NCBI GenBank assembly: GCA_965287045.1 | Contig: OZ336873.1 | Coordinates: forward strand, 75,392,001 to 75,456,000 | Reading direction: 5' to 3' | DNA from: Carcharhinus amblyrhynchos | Taxonomy: Eukaryota | DNA: 64,000 nucleotides | Part shown: in pieces, positions 13,377 to 26,160 of the stretch | How the letters are laid out: the number at the start of each line of letters is the position of its first letter | How positions within the stretch are numbered: position 1 is the stretch's first letter | Translations under genes and position numbers: made by a program | The notes under the pieces: model-generated | What the model was told of the DNA's origin: nothing | The model's database searches: none | Seen by the model: the letters and a program-made list of their open reading frames with translations, nothing else

Positions 13377-13412
13377 CACCTGACGAAGGAACAGTGCTTC
13401 CGAAAGCTTGTG
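13377..13412 (+). ncRNA. Minimal type-I hammerhead ribozyme motif in a Penelope pLTR
   Basis: Reads cac-CUGACGA-a-GGAA(cagugc)UUCC-GAAA-gc-UU-gug. Cleavage is predicted after 13409. Confidence 0.72.
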
Positions 13413-15063
13413 GGATTACTATCAAATAAACTGGGTTGGACTTTAACGTGGTGTTGTGAGACTTCTTACTGTGTTCTATGACCGAGTCAGTTTTGTATCC
13501 ATCTTGCCAGCTCAACTCTGCAACTTCACCTTCTTTACCAGTCTGTCATGAGGGACCTTGTCAAAGGCCTTACTGAAGTCCATGTAGACAATATCCATTG
13601 CCCTACCCTCATCAATCATCTTCGTCACTTCCTCAAAAAACTTGATCAAGTTAGTGAGACATAACCTCCCCTTCATAAAACCATGTTGCTCTCACTAATA
13701 TGTCCACTTATTTTGTCTCGAAAAATCCTCTCCAATAATTTCACTACCGCTGATGTAAGGCTCACCGGCCTGTAATTACCTGGGTTATCCTTGCTACCCT
13801 TCTTAAACAAAGGAACAACATTGGCTATTCTCCAACCTTTTGGGACCTCCCCATAGCCAGTGAGGATACAAAGATTTCTCTCAAGGGCTCAGCAATTTCC
13901 TCCCTAGCCTCTCTCAGTATTTTGGAGTATATCCCATCAGGCCCTGACAACTTGTCTACTTTAAGTTTCTGAAGAACACCAATACCTCCTCCTTTTTGAT
14001 CTCAACATGATCCAAACCATCTACATGTCCTTCCCTAGACTCATCATCCACCAAATCCTTCTCTTTGGTGAATACTGATGCAAAGTACTAATTTAATACC
14101 TTGCCCATTTCTGCGGGCTCCACATATAGATTCCCTCCCCGTCCTTGAATGGGCCAACCCTCTCCCTGGCTACCCTCTTGCTCTTTATATACATATAAGA
14201 AGTCTTGGGATTTTCCTTAATCCTGCTGGCCAATGATTTTTCGTGACCACTTTTTGCCATTCTTACTTCCTGCTTAAGTTTCTTTCTACTTTCCTTGTAC
14301 TCCACACTTGCTTCGTGTGTTCCCAGTCTCTTTGCCTTGATAAATGCTTCCTTTTCCTTTTTGACAAGGCTCACAACATCTCTCATTATCCAAAGTTCCT
14401 GAAACTTGCCATACTTATCCTTCATCCTTATAGGAATGTGCTGGTCCTAAATTCTTAACAATTTACACTTGAAAGCCTCCCACATGCCAGATGATGATTT
14501 GTCCTCAAATATCTGCCCCCAATCTACATTCTTCAGTTTTTACGTAATATTGTTGTAATTAGCCTTCCCTCAATTTAGTATCTTCACCTGAGAACTCCAC
14601 TTATCTTTATCCATCAGTACCTTAAAGCTTACTGAATTGTGGTCACTGTTCCTGAACTGCTCCATACTGAAATGTTGACCACCTGGCCAGACTCATTCCC
14701 CAATACTGTACTGCCCCTTCCCTTTTTGGACTGTACACACCGCTTCAAGAAGCTCTCCAGGATGTTTTGTCACCTGTGGGCACTTTTCATTCTTGCCACT
14801 CGCCAATGTAAAATCATTGCCAGGGAATGGAGGCAGAATCCTAACAAAGGGGCAAGAAACGGGGAACACTCTATTCCACTAGGGACCCCCCACTTGCCAG
14901 CACATTGAGCCAAAGCTATGGCTGTTGACCAGTGGAGGGATTGTCCTGCACAGTGATGGCCAGACAGCTTTTTAAATATAAAATCTTTTACCTTGCCTTA
15001 CACAGGTTGAACCTTCTCTCTCTTACTCATCTCAAGACAGTAGAAGATCAACTGATATGTCAT

Positions 15064-15641
15064 TGTTGTGTGAGAATGGATGTTATTTAACAATGATATG
15101 TGTGCATGTGTGTATATAGGTTAATGGAAACCATTTGTCTGGAAGAGTTGTGGCATGAAAGGAACGATGTTGCTAAGTAGATGTATTTATAATTAAGTAG
15201 TTTTATACATAAATGAGTAAAGTTTAGAAGTTTGCAGCAGGAGATAGAGAGGGACTTTATTATTATAAGCTGTTAAATTTGAAATGGGAGTTAAAGGCTT
15301 TTACAGCTTTCAAAGGTTTCATTAATAAATAAAGGAAGGTTACTACATTTCAGTTGACCCCAAAGGTTGGGGCAATAGGAAAGACATGAAGGCTTTTTGT
15401 ATTTTAGAAAAGTGTACTTGTATTTATTTGTGGGTCTGATCAAGTAAGGAGTTTTGGGAGAAATGTTTTGTAAGGCTATTTCTACCTATGCAACTATAAT
15501 CTTGTGTGCTGAAGTTTCCTTTTTTGCTTGTTAATAAATCATTCTCACTTTCAGAATACAAAAAAAGGGTATGGCCATTAACCCAAGTTTCCCTCTGAAA
15601 TTTTGTTTGTTCCCCAATTTACATCTGTTGTGGTCATAACA
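15064..15641 (+). mobile_element. Probable solo LTR
   Basis: Begins tgttgtg (or tgttat at 15081) and ends ggtcataaca, giving TG...CA inverted termini. It is AT-rich with AATAAA near 15533 and interrupts a MITE-like sequence. No clear TSD. Confidence 0.45.
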
Positions 15642-17123
15642 GTTGGAAGGCCTCTTATTGGTCCTCCCGGTTCAATAGACTGTCCACCCTCCATCTCTAC
15701 AAAGATCATGACAGGCATCTGTCACTCATGCAACCCAGGCCAGAACCGGGTCACCTGATATCGGGGAACCTGGAATGTCACCTGACATCGGGGTCCCAGC
15801 CCCAAAACAAAAATCCAGTCAATTATAACTGATGAATCCCGAATTAGGGATAGGATGAGATGAATAGTCCTCCCAGTGACTGGATAGCCATGAAAATGGA
15901 TGAAGGCAAGCAGTCAGTCAAGCTTTTAAAGAAGGAATTGCTAGCCACACCTTGGATTGGCATTGGTGAAGTTGACTCTATTCATAAGGGAATAGTGTGG
16001 CTGCTCATCTTTCTGTTTGGTCCTTTGCATGCCTGGAGGACATGTTAAGGTATCATATAAAAAAAGGATATTCTTTCTTTGTCCATTTTTCATTCCAACT
16101 CAGAAAACATGGAATCGAGGTGCTGACAGTGCTTGTGCACTTACTATTGGTCACTATTTACATTGGTTAACAAACAGATTCAAATTTGGTTGCTCTATTT
16201 TGGGCAATACTAAAAGAAAGAATAAGATATAAAATATAATGAGAGTAGCATCAATATTTATGTGTTCTGATGTGAAATGCCAGATAGTATCTGTCATTAC
16301 ATTAGGCAGCTTCATGCTCTAATAAATTTGTTGGTGAACCCGAGTCAGACAAACGCAGAAATCCATCTTCACACAGACGAGCAACTGGTATTGAGTGACA
16401 AATAGAAAGCAGTATATTCATCAGATTTAAAACAAACACTAGTTTATACTTGTTACACTAGAACAGTCTTCTGAAAGTAAAGCAATGGATAAAAAAAAAT
16501 AAAAACCTTGCTTCCTGGTTCTGTAGGAACAGGTTCTTCATAAGAGTGTTAAAATTTTCCTGCCATGTTTTCCTAACTGGTTTAAAGTAAAAAGCAGCAA
16601 ATCTGATGCAGGGAACCACATGAGTCATAAATAAAATTAAAAGTCTCGTAAAGTGAAACTGCTAAGGACTTGTCAAAACAGCTAACTAAGAGAACATCTG
16701 AAAAGAAAAGCAAACTTATCAAATCCTTTGGTGCACGCTCTTTTCTCTGCAAATATTTTTCCTATTGACTGCAATTTGTAACTTTCAAGACTGAGTAAAA
16801 AACAAAAGGAACCATCACATATTTCATAATCATAATTTACCCATGGAATTAATTTCTTGGCCTTTTAATAAGTTCAAAGCCTTGGACTACCTCAAAAGCC
16901 TGGGTTTCAATTGGATAGTTGTTTCTCAGATCAGTGCAGCAGTTCCCAGCTTGACTGGATTTTTCAAAAGGCTAACTTTGGCTCTCACAGTATTCTTAAG
17001 TTTCTTTGTTTAAAATGACTTGAAGGTCATCCGGAGCAGTTTTTAAACACTAAAGTTTGGACCATTTCTATTTTGAAAAGGGAAAGGAAAAATTTTGACA
17101 GAGAGAGATGAAGATAGAGATAT

Positions 17124-18110
17124 GGGGTGGAATTTTCCCAAAATCTGCAGAAGTGTCAAGCTCTGACTGAAAACTAACAAGTACTTCTTGAGATACACGG
17201 CCAAGTTTTCAGACCAGATCTTGAGCCATTCTGTCAAAAGTAAATCGGGGAGCGGGTGGTTTACGCCGTCAGTCTGCTGGGGTGGGGCTTACTAGAGCCC
17301 AAAAGGGCAACTCCACAGAGATCAGGGTGCCATCTTTAAAGGGCACCCCGATCAGAACTGAGGTGAAACTCCCTCCCCAGCACTCCTCATCCCAACCATG
17401 ACTGTATAGGGGCTCTTCCCACCATGATGCTATTGTGGGGGGCTCCTCCCACAGCACAATTACTGGGGTCACTCCCCATCCCTCACAACCAACAACCACA
17501 GCAGCATCATCAGCGCTCCCCTTCCCATTGCCAGGATTCCACCCTCCCCGACCCCGAATGCCAGGCTCCCCCCTCAAAGCCTGCCCTCTGCGTCACTGGC
17601 AAGTCTCCCAAGACTTCAGTGCTCTCCAGAACTCTGCCCACCTCCCCCCCCCCCCCCCCCCTTCCCCATACCACACATTATAGAAACCACTTTTCAATTG
17701 GGTCATCAAGAGGGCCTACCTCTGACTGCCCGTGGCACAGGTTGGCACACAGTCTGGCACTGCCTGATTGGTGGGTAGTGCCAACCAGGAAGTGCCACCC
17801 TGTGCCAGAGCACGTCCCTCTCTCACTGGGGGCTGTACGTACCATGGTTTCCTGAGGGGGGTTCCTCTTGACTGTTTCCCATATTCATAAAGCTGTTGTG
17901 AATCTCACCAACATTTTCAATATTGGGTGAGGGGGTTCATGTGATAGGTTGGCCCTTCAATGATATGCAGATTTCTTAAAATATATTTAACTCTCATGGT
18001 ATTATGTACCCACATTCTCGCTGATGATGAACACGAGTGCAAAATTGCCCTCATGGAAAGGGAACAGATGTGATAGGTACTGGGAAGACCATAAAACAGA
18101 TTTAATCATA
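17124..18110. mobile_element. MITE-like non-autonomous element
   Basis: Starts ggggtggaattttccc and contains ctttaaagggcacccc, a C-run and the ggcactgcc/gtgcca motifs seen at 5429-6275. Confidence 0.5.
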
Positions 18111-18859
18111 CAACTGTGAAATGTTTATTTTTTCAATGCCTACATCTGAAGGTTATTTTCTTTCAACCACAAATGAACTGAATTAAAAACTTTGCAGAGC
18201 AAAGTAATTACATTCCCTTTGTGAGTTATAAGGTAATTGCATCGATTATAAACATCTAAATTAGCTTTAACAGCGCTAGTTACAAAATAATTCAATAAAC
18301 AGCAACTACAGTGTTTAAACACATTTTGCATTAAATGCTGGCTTCAGGCAGGGGCAGATTGACCGCATTACTCTTGTATCCTTCTTCTTTCAGCTGCCAT
18401 AATCCCCTTCTCTCCCATCCCACCCTGTAATACTTCTGGACTCTGAGACAGCATCAATGTATGCAATTCTGCACCACAATATCCAATTTCCTACTGCTCA
18501 TAGCCTCTGGGAACAGTCTTCCAATCTTTTACCATCATCAAAAACATCTGGCAGTGAACTCAGATCCTCAAATACCAGACCCTGGACTCCCTACTCCAAG
18601 CTACTCTGAGTGAATTCTAGCCCTCCCTAGTATGCCAGGCCCAATGCTGCAACAGTGTGGCTCTCTGATTCATGAGAATGTGTATACTTTGCTCCAAGGC
18701 TTTGGAATCATACCCTTCCTGCACACTCTCAGGCAGTCCTGTGATCTGCCCTTTCCTTTTAGTGTTTTGAGCCACCAGTAGGCAGTAAAAGTTGCTGATG
18801 TCTCTCTGTAGTGACAGCAGACTCTGACTTCCACCCATGCTGCTCTCATAGTCCTGGAC

Positions 18860-19076
18860 TGTAATGTCCTAACTATTCTAGGGGTTGTGGATTTTAAACA
18901 AAAAGAAAAAGGTCTGGTTTGCACATGTACATTCAAAATTTAGTCTTGAAACTCTTACCTGTACAGAATAGAAAATGAAATTAAAAGCAGTAGCCTCCGA
19001 AACATCCAAATTACATCACCATCAAAGCATGTGACCTGCTCTTAAAGCAATCATTCAAATACTTAAATATATAATA
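18860..19076 (-). repeat. 3' LTR of the Gypsy element
   Basis: Aligns with 22880-23110 and is adjacent to the polypurine tract. Confidence 0.8.
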
Positions 19077-22000
19077 CACCTCTCCTTTTGCTTCTATAAT
19101 CTCAACAACAAATTACTACAATGTTATACATAGGATCACTAATACTCTAGACGCAGTGCAATGTACCATTAATCATTATAAACAGTCAATAAGAAAGTCA
19201 ATTAAGAGGACGTCTATTCCCCTTTGGTTATAAACAACATTCTGAAATTTGGCCATCCTTGACATGAGAAGTAAGATTTGGAACTTCAGTAGACACTTCT
19301 TCTCTTGGAACTAATTTTTGCATCGGTCTCATGTGATATAGTAGCACAGACACAATCATCAGGGAACTCAAGTTCAACTAAGTCTTCCGCAGTGGTATTC
19401 ACAACACTAGGGACAAAAGTAGTTGCTACTTCTGGAGACCATTCTGAGAAATCATTTCGAGATGATAAAAATGGTAGTTAAACATCAATGATCAGTATAT
19501 AATGTAAAATGACGACCATATAAATAAAGATGAAACCTTTGTATGCCAAAAATTATATTCAATGTTTCTTTTTCTAACTGAGCATAGTTAGATTCAGCAC
19601 TAGTCAGAGTACACAAAGCAAAAGCTATTGGTTATTCTTCTCCTGAAGACATAATACGTGAATCTGCTGCCCCTACTCCATAAGGTGAAGCAAGCAGCTC
19701 CAGATTAAAATGAACCAATACTTCAGACTTCTGCAAAGCATCTTTTACATCCCAGTAGGCTTTCTCACATTCAATTGTCCAGTCACATAACTGTTTCACA
19801 CAAACTGAATTTTGCAATGCTTCAATGATGTGACTAAATTGAGAACAATAATAATTTATTAATCTGGAAAGGACCTCAATTGCATCATATTCATCAGACA
19901 AGGCACTTCTGAAATACTGTCCATGTTCCTAGATGCTTTATGTAGGCCTTTACCATCAATAATGCAACTGAAATACCGGACTGACATCTGGAAAAGGTCG
20001 TATTTTTCTTTCTTGATATGCAGATGTTCCAATATTGCTTCTAAATTATTCAAGAGCTCCTGTTCACTGGACCTGTATTTAGAATACCATCCAGATAATA
20101 TTATATACCAGAAAGACCACTGAAAATCAGATCCATCCATTGCTGGAATAGGGCTGGTGCAGATATTTTTCCAAAAGACAATCTTTTATAGCGAAAAAGG
20201 CGTTTATGAGGAACAATGGTAAGCAATGAACTGGCAACTCCGCTGTTTACCCACTCACCCGTAAGTTGGCCAAGATGTTATCTTCCAACAGCATAATCTC
20301 TTTCAAGTGTTATCGGACAACAAATTTTCTGAAAGTAGGTACACAATATGGAAGCAGATTAAAGCTGCGCTCAGATCCTCCCCACTAAAGATCACAAGGG
20401 TACAGATCCAGACAAGCTGGCAAAAGACATGTTTTTAAAATGCTAACTAGGGCCAGCACACAAAGGGAACCAGACAGGATGGCACCTACAGGAACTAAAT
20501 TAAAAGTACACCCCCATATAATCAAATCAGCACCTCTAATCAAGTAAACCTCTATGGAGACACCTAAACATTAACATAACTAAGGAAGCCTCCCTGGCCT
20601 CACAATCTTCCTAAAATCAGCCAAACACCCATTGTTCAAACCCCGGAGATTCTAGACCATTGATAAACCCATCAGACAGAAACGATTAACACACACTTAA
20701 AAACATTGTTACAATACTTGAAAACATTGAAACAGAATGGTCAGAGTCAAATACTGTAAACAAAACATTAACATTTGACTCATACAATGTGTCAAAGTTT
20801 GAGTATAACTGTAGCCCATTGCGGCGGGTCTTTAGAGTGCTTTCAGGACAGTTCTGTTTGTATGTCTCCATCGAGTTAAAATAAAGCTGTACCGCTGTTG
20901 AACCTGACTCTGAGTCTGTAGTGGTCGTGTCTGCCCACTTGCGCTAACACAAGCGTGTCCTTAAAACCACATCAGCAGTCTTTAAAAAAGACGGTTCAGC
21001 TTTTGTTGGTATGTAATCTCAGGAATTAAAGATACAGCAGCATCCGTATCAACCTCCATCCTAATGGGTTGTCCACTTAACTTCGGAATCACCCAGATAC
21101 TGAGACTCACCCCGTATGGGTAAGATGTTCATTTCTAACATTTTATTCTTCACAATCATAATTATTTTCTTCCATATTGTGAATTATTTTTGCAGAATGC
21201 AACTTGTTCTTTTTCTTAAAGGTACCCAGATTCTTCTTCTGAATGTCCTTCTCAGGGGAAGCTGGCCTTAGTCAACAAGCTTTTGCAATGTGACTCATTT
21301 TGCCACAATTCTTGCTTATCGTTGCTCAAGCATTCACACGCTGAATGGCCTATTTTAGCACATCTGTGACATGCCTGTTTCTGGTTTCACTTCTTATGGG
21401 CAGTTCCCAATTTGTGGATCTTCATTCCTGCACCAAATTGTCAAGCTTCTTTAGCAGCTTGTTCCAAAGACACTGCAATTTCTACTGCTGTGTTTAAAGT
21501 CAAAGCATGTTCAGTAAGCAATCTTCTTTGCATAGTCTCATTTTGGAGACCACAATCTAGATGATCTCGAAGCGTATCTTCCAATGACTCAGTAAAGTCA
21601 TAATGTCATATCAGCCTTTTTAAGATTTCCACAAACTGAGCAATGCTTCTGCATTCCACTTGATTTCTTCAGTGGAACCAGAACCATTCTGCTTACATCA
21701 GTAGCTTTGGAGAATAACACTCTTCAAGGATCTTTGTCAAGACATCGAAAGTTTTGGTTCCTGGCTTTGTAAGATGAACCAACTCCAGAGCAAACTGAAG
21801 ATCTTACTTCCTATTGTACTGAGAAAAGCTAGTACAAGCAACTAGCTTGCAATTTTATTTGCTTGTACAATGTACTGAAAATGTTCTGCATAGGGACTCC
21901 ATGGCTCATTTTCTTCATGAGGACCCATGGATCCTAACTGACCCACCATTTCTTTTGCAGGCACTAGTGACTCAAGATTGCTCAGTGTATTTTTACTGTC

Positions 22001-22879
22001 TTCCCAGTACTCCCATTTTTACCCTGGAGACTATTTACTTGATGTTGTTGTAGGTAAAATAATACCTCTGAGACTGTTACTGAGTCAAAATACAGTGGTT
22101 TTTATCTTAAAGCTCTGGCTTTTATTCTAGAGATTTGGGAGAACTGATTCCAAACAAGGACTGCCAGACTTCTCATGGAACACAAATACAAGCAGGTATT
22201 TATACGTCATGAGTCTTAGTAACAAGCATGACTTAAACTTCCAATTCCAGTCAAAATCTTTGATCTTCCTTCTTCAATTACAATGCCTGCGACTGCTTCG
22301 GCATCTCTGTCACTGAAGTTATTTCTGTGATTAACATAAACAGGCAAGGCTTGCAATGTCTGCAAAATAACATTCGCACCTGACCTTCTATATTCACATC
22401 TGACCATTTGTCTTTATGAGAGTTAAAGAATGAAAGACATGATTATACTAATGCCAGGAGCAATATAAGCCTGGGAAGATCAGCCATGATGAAGGGTTAT
22501 GTTTGTGATATATTCTACGTACAAAATTCATTAACCCTTTCCCTTCTTCAAGGTACAAAATGCATTAACTCTTTCCCTGCTTGAATGTATTTTTTCAAGA
22601 GGCCCAGCTGTATAGCAATATATCCCTTACTTTCAAACAAGCCAGATATTGCCTGGAATCTCACCCTTCTCCGATCAGAAGAAATACCTCTTTTAAAACC
22701 ACACAAAGAGCTTTTTTCCTTATTTGATCTTCACCTGACTGGAACTTTAAACTTTTGTCCTGTTGTTGATTTTCCCCAGTCTTCCAATATTATAAATGTG
22801 AGGACCTACAATGATTATTTTCTTACTTAGGATCTTTTCTCAATGAAACATAATACCAACTCATTGCCAATTTACTTTG

Positions 22880-23110
22880 TGTAATACCCTAACTATGGTA
22901 GGAGTTGTGGGTTTTAAACAAAAAAGAAAAATACATGGTTTGCACACAGAGATTTTAACTAACTAAAAACAGATCTATTGAAAGAGATTTTGCTGTACGG
23001 ATTAGAAAATTAAACTAAAAGCAGGAGCACCTGAAACATCCCAATGACATCATCATTAAATCATTTGACCTGTTCTTATAACAATCATGCAATTGCTTAA
23101 ATATATAACA
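22880..23110 (-). repeat. 5' LTR of the Gypsy element
   Basis: TG...CA termini and alignment with 18860-19076. Confidence 0.8.
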
Positions 23111-23380
23111 GGGCTTTCTTACAATTCTTTCCAGCATCCATTCTGTTGCAAACCTCTTACCTAATTCAAAACTTTCCAACTTTCTCATTGCTGTGTGCAT
23201 GAGGTTTTGTGATGGGAGAGTGATTGACCCTTCTCCTTTTAGGCTCGAAGTTACAAGGATGTTAACAGTGGCTTCCGCCAAAGGAGGGAAAATCTGAAGG
23301 AGCCCTCCTTCAGTTATGTCTGTTCTCTGAGCTCTGAACTTAATAGACTTTCCCTCCTTTGGACGAAGCCATGTTAGAGG

Positions 23381-24306
23381 GTGACACAAAGATGAGTGGG
23401 AAAGCAAATTGCGTGGAGGACACGGAAAAGTCTGCAGAGAGAGTTGGATAGGCTAAGTGAGTGGGCGAGGATCTGGCAGATGGAGCATAACGTTGGCAAG
23501 TGTGAGGTTATCCACTTTGGAAGGAATAATAGTAAAATGGACTATTATTTAAATGGTGAAAAATTACAAAATGCTACTGTGCAAAGGGACTTGGGGGTCC
23601 TTGTGCATGAATCACAAAAACTCAGTTTGCAGGTGCAGCAGGTGATCAAGAAGGCAAATGGAATGTTGGCCTTTATTGCGAGGGAGATGGAGTATAAAAG
23701 CAGGGAGGTTTTGCTTTTGTACAGGTACTGGTGAGGCCGCAACTAGAGTACTGTGTGCAATTTTGGTCCCCTTATTTGCAAAAGGATATATTGGCCTTGG
23801 AGGGAGTACAGACAAGGTTCACCCGCTTGATTCCGGAGATCAGGGGGTTAGCTTATGAGGAGAGATACAGTAGATTGGGCCAGTACTCATTGGACTTTAG
23901 AAGGCTGTGGGAAGATTTCATAGAGACATATAAGATAATGAAGGGGCTAGACAGAGTAGAGGCAGAGAGATTATTTCCACTTAGAAAGGAAACAAAAAAG
24001 GAACAAGAAAGGGCACAACTTCAAAATAAGGGACAGTCAATTTAGAACAGAGTTGAGGAGGAATTTCTTCTCCCAGAGGGTAGTGAATCTTTGGAATTCT
24101 CTGCCCATTGAAGCAGTGGAGGCTACCTCGTTAAATGTGTTTAAGTCAGATTTCTGACCAATAAGGGAATTAAAGGTTATGGGGAGCAGGTGGGTAAGTG
24201 GAACTGAACCACTATCAGATCAGCCATGAACTTATTGAATGGCGGGGCAGACTCGAGGGGCTAGATGGTCTACTCCTGCTCCTATTTCTTATGTTCTTAT
24301 GTTCTT
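23381..24306 (+). mobile_element. CR1 3' fragment, same subfamily as 2008-4319
   Basis: Encodes ELDRLSEWARIWQME..QRDLGVLVHESQK and [13 protein letters not shown], and ends in a (ttcttatg)n tail. Confidence 0.92.
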
Positions 24307-24721
24307 AACATCCTTGTAACTAAGGGCCTGAAAGGAGAACAATCACTCACTCTCCCATAACAATATGACTAATTCAGACATTGCCTTACAATGTAATCAC
24401 TGTTTGACAATATCTCAGCATAGAATGAGAGTAGAAAATTGAATTTGAGGGTATGCTAGGATTGCTCGCAAGAAGTCACCATGCACCAGCATTGCTAGAA
24501 CAAACTATCACCATTGCCAATGGTTCAGAGCTATATGACTAATGCAGATATTGGCTTGTACTGTAACCACTGTTCAACGGTATCTCAACATTACAAGAGC
24601 AGTCTTTTCACCACTGCCAATAATTCAGAACTTGTCAATCCCTGCAAAATCCAACCATGCACATTCCAGAGGATATGGTTCGTGAGTTTGTGAACACCAG
24701 GTGAGTTATTGAAAAGAACGA

Positions 24722-26148
24722 TAAACTTGCATTTATTCAAAAAGGGAGGGAGATAGAAATCAGGAAACCACAGGGCAATTAGTCTAACATCTGTCAGAAG
24801 GAAAATGTTAGAAGCCATTAAAGATGGTTCTATGTTACAGCAAGGCAAATGGAAAAACTCAATGCAATAAGGCAGAATCAACATGGCTTTGTGAAGGGGA
24901 AATCATGTTTCACCAATTTATTGAAGTTCTTTAAAGGAATTATATGTGCTATGAATAAGGAGGAACAGTGGATGTACTTAGATTTCCAGATGGCATTTGA
25001 TAAGGTGCCAAAGGTTATTGTGGAACATAAAAGCTTATGATATAAGGGTAACATATTGACATGGATAGAAGATTGGCTAACTAACAAGAAACAAGAGTGT
25101 TGGTATAAATCGGTCTTCTTCTGTTTGGCAGGATGTGACAAGTGGTGTGCATTAGGGATCAGTGCTGGGGCCTCAACTATTTACAATTTATCTAAATAAC
25201 CTGGATGAAGGGATTGAAGATATGGTTGCTAAATGTACTGACGACACAAAGATAGGTAGGAAAGTAAATTGTGGGGACAACATAAGGAGGTTACAAAAGA
25301 GATAGAGATAGGTAAATGAGTAGGCAAAAATCTGGCAAATGGAGCATAATGTGGCAAATGTGCAGTTGTCCATTTTGGCAGAAAGAATTAAAAAAACTAT
25401 TATCTAAATGGTTACAGTTTGCAGAGCTGAGTTGCAGAGGGATCTGGATGTCCTGGTGCATGAATCACAAAAGGTTGGTTGATAGTACAGTAGGTAATTA
25501 GGAAAGCTAATAGAATGTTATCGTTTATTGCAAGGGGAATTGATTACAAAAGAAGGGAGGTTATGCTTAAGTTGTACTGGGCATGGGTGAGACCACATCT
25601 GGAGTACTGTGTACAATATTGGTCTCCTAATTTAAGAAAGATATAAATGCATTACAAACAGTTCAGAGAAGGTTTACTAGTCTAATGCCAGGAGTAAGCA
25701 GGTTATCTTATAAGGAGAGGTTGGGGAAGTTAGGTTAGTATCCATTAGAGTTTAGAAAATTAAGAAACTATGTGATCAGAACCTTTAAGATTCTGAGGAG
25801 TGTTGACAGGGTGGATGTGGGAAGAATGTTCCTCTTGTCAGAGAATTTAGAATGAGGGGTCGCTGTTAAAAAATAAGGCAGAGATGAAGACAGAGAAGAC
25901 AGAGATGAAGAGAATTATTTTCTTGCAGAGGGTCATGAATCTCTGGAACTGTCTTCCTCAAATGGCAGTGGAAATAGAATCTTGAATATTTTTAAGGCAG
26001 AGCAAGATAGATTCTTGAGTAACAAAGGGGTGAAAGGTTATTGCGGGTAGGCAGGTTACAATCAGATCAGCCATGGGTCTTATTGAATGGTAGAGCAGAC
26101 TCAAGTGGCTGAGTGGCCTACTCCTGCTTCTAATTCATACGTACATAT
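24722..26148 (+). mobile_element. Decayed CR1 (RT plus 3' UTR)
   Basis: Encodes QHGFVKGKSCFTNLL and DFQMAFDKVP. The 3' UTR reads cagatcagccatg...ggcctactcctgct. Confidence 0.9.
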
Positions 26149-26160
26149 GTCCACATGCCC

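Larger units (their letters stand above)
12389..13473. mobile_element. Penelope-like element 3' end (GIY-YIG plus pLTR) arranged as an inverted pair with a 12-bp TSD
   Basis: The minus arm encodes NVVYLIRCRKGCPEAWYIGE...RMNEHRSTI...PVGEHFSSHGHS...GLNRDLGF (GIY-YIG endonuclease), and the plus arm 12990-13473 is its inverted copy. TSD ttctatgaccga lies at 12377-12388 and 13474-13485. Confidence 0.92.
11354..14765 (-). mobile_element. Decayed CR1 LINE (ORF2 from the APE/RT linker to the 3' tail), interrupted by a Penelope fold-back element
   Basis: Minus frames encode IKENPKTSYMYIKSKRVARERVGP, MFADYTKVGG and ERVQKRFTRMLP. The tail is at the left end. Confidence 0.9.
18860..23110 (-). mobile_element. 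Decayed Ty3/Gypsy LTR retrotransposon with both LTRs
   Basis: Direct repeats at 18860-19076 and 22880-23110 (tgtaat..ctaactat...ttaaatatataa). PPT aaaaggagagg lies on the minus strand next to the left LTR, and a PBS-like tggcaatgag next to the right LTR; flanks are ggac/gggc. Minus-strand remnants: gag (TLRDHLDCGLQNETMQRRLLTE), zinc knuckle (KNCGKMSHIAKAC), protease (MEVDTDA), RT (LFRYKRLSFG) and RNase H (ASPYGVGA..PIAFA). The integrase is largely missing. Confidence 0.85.
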
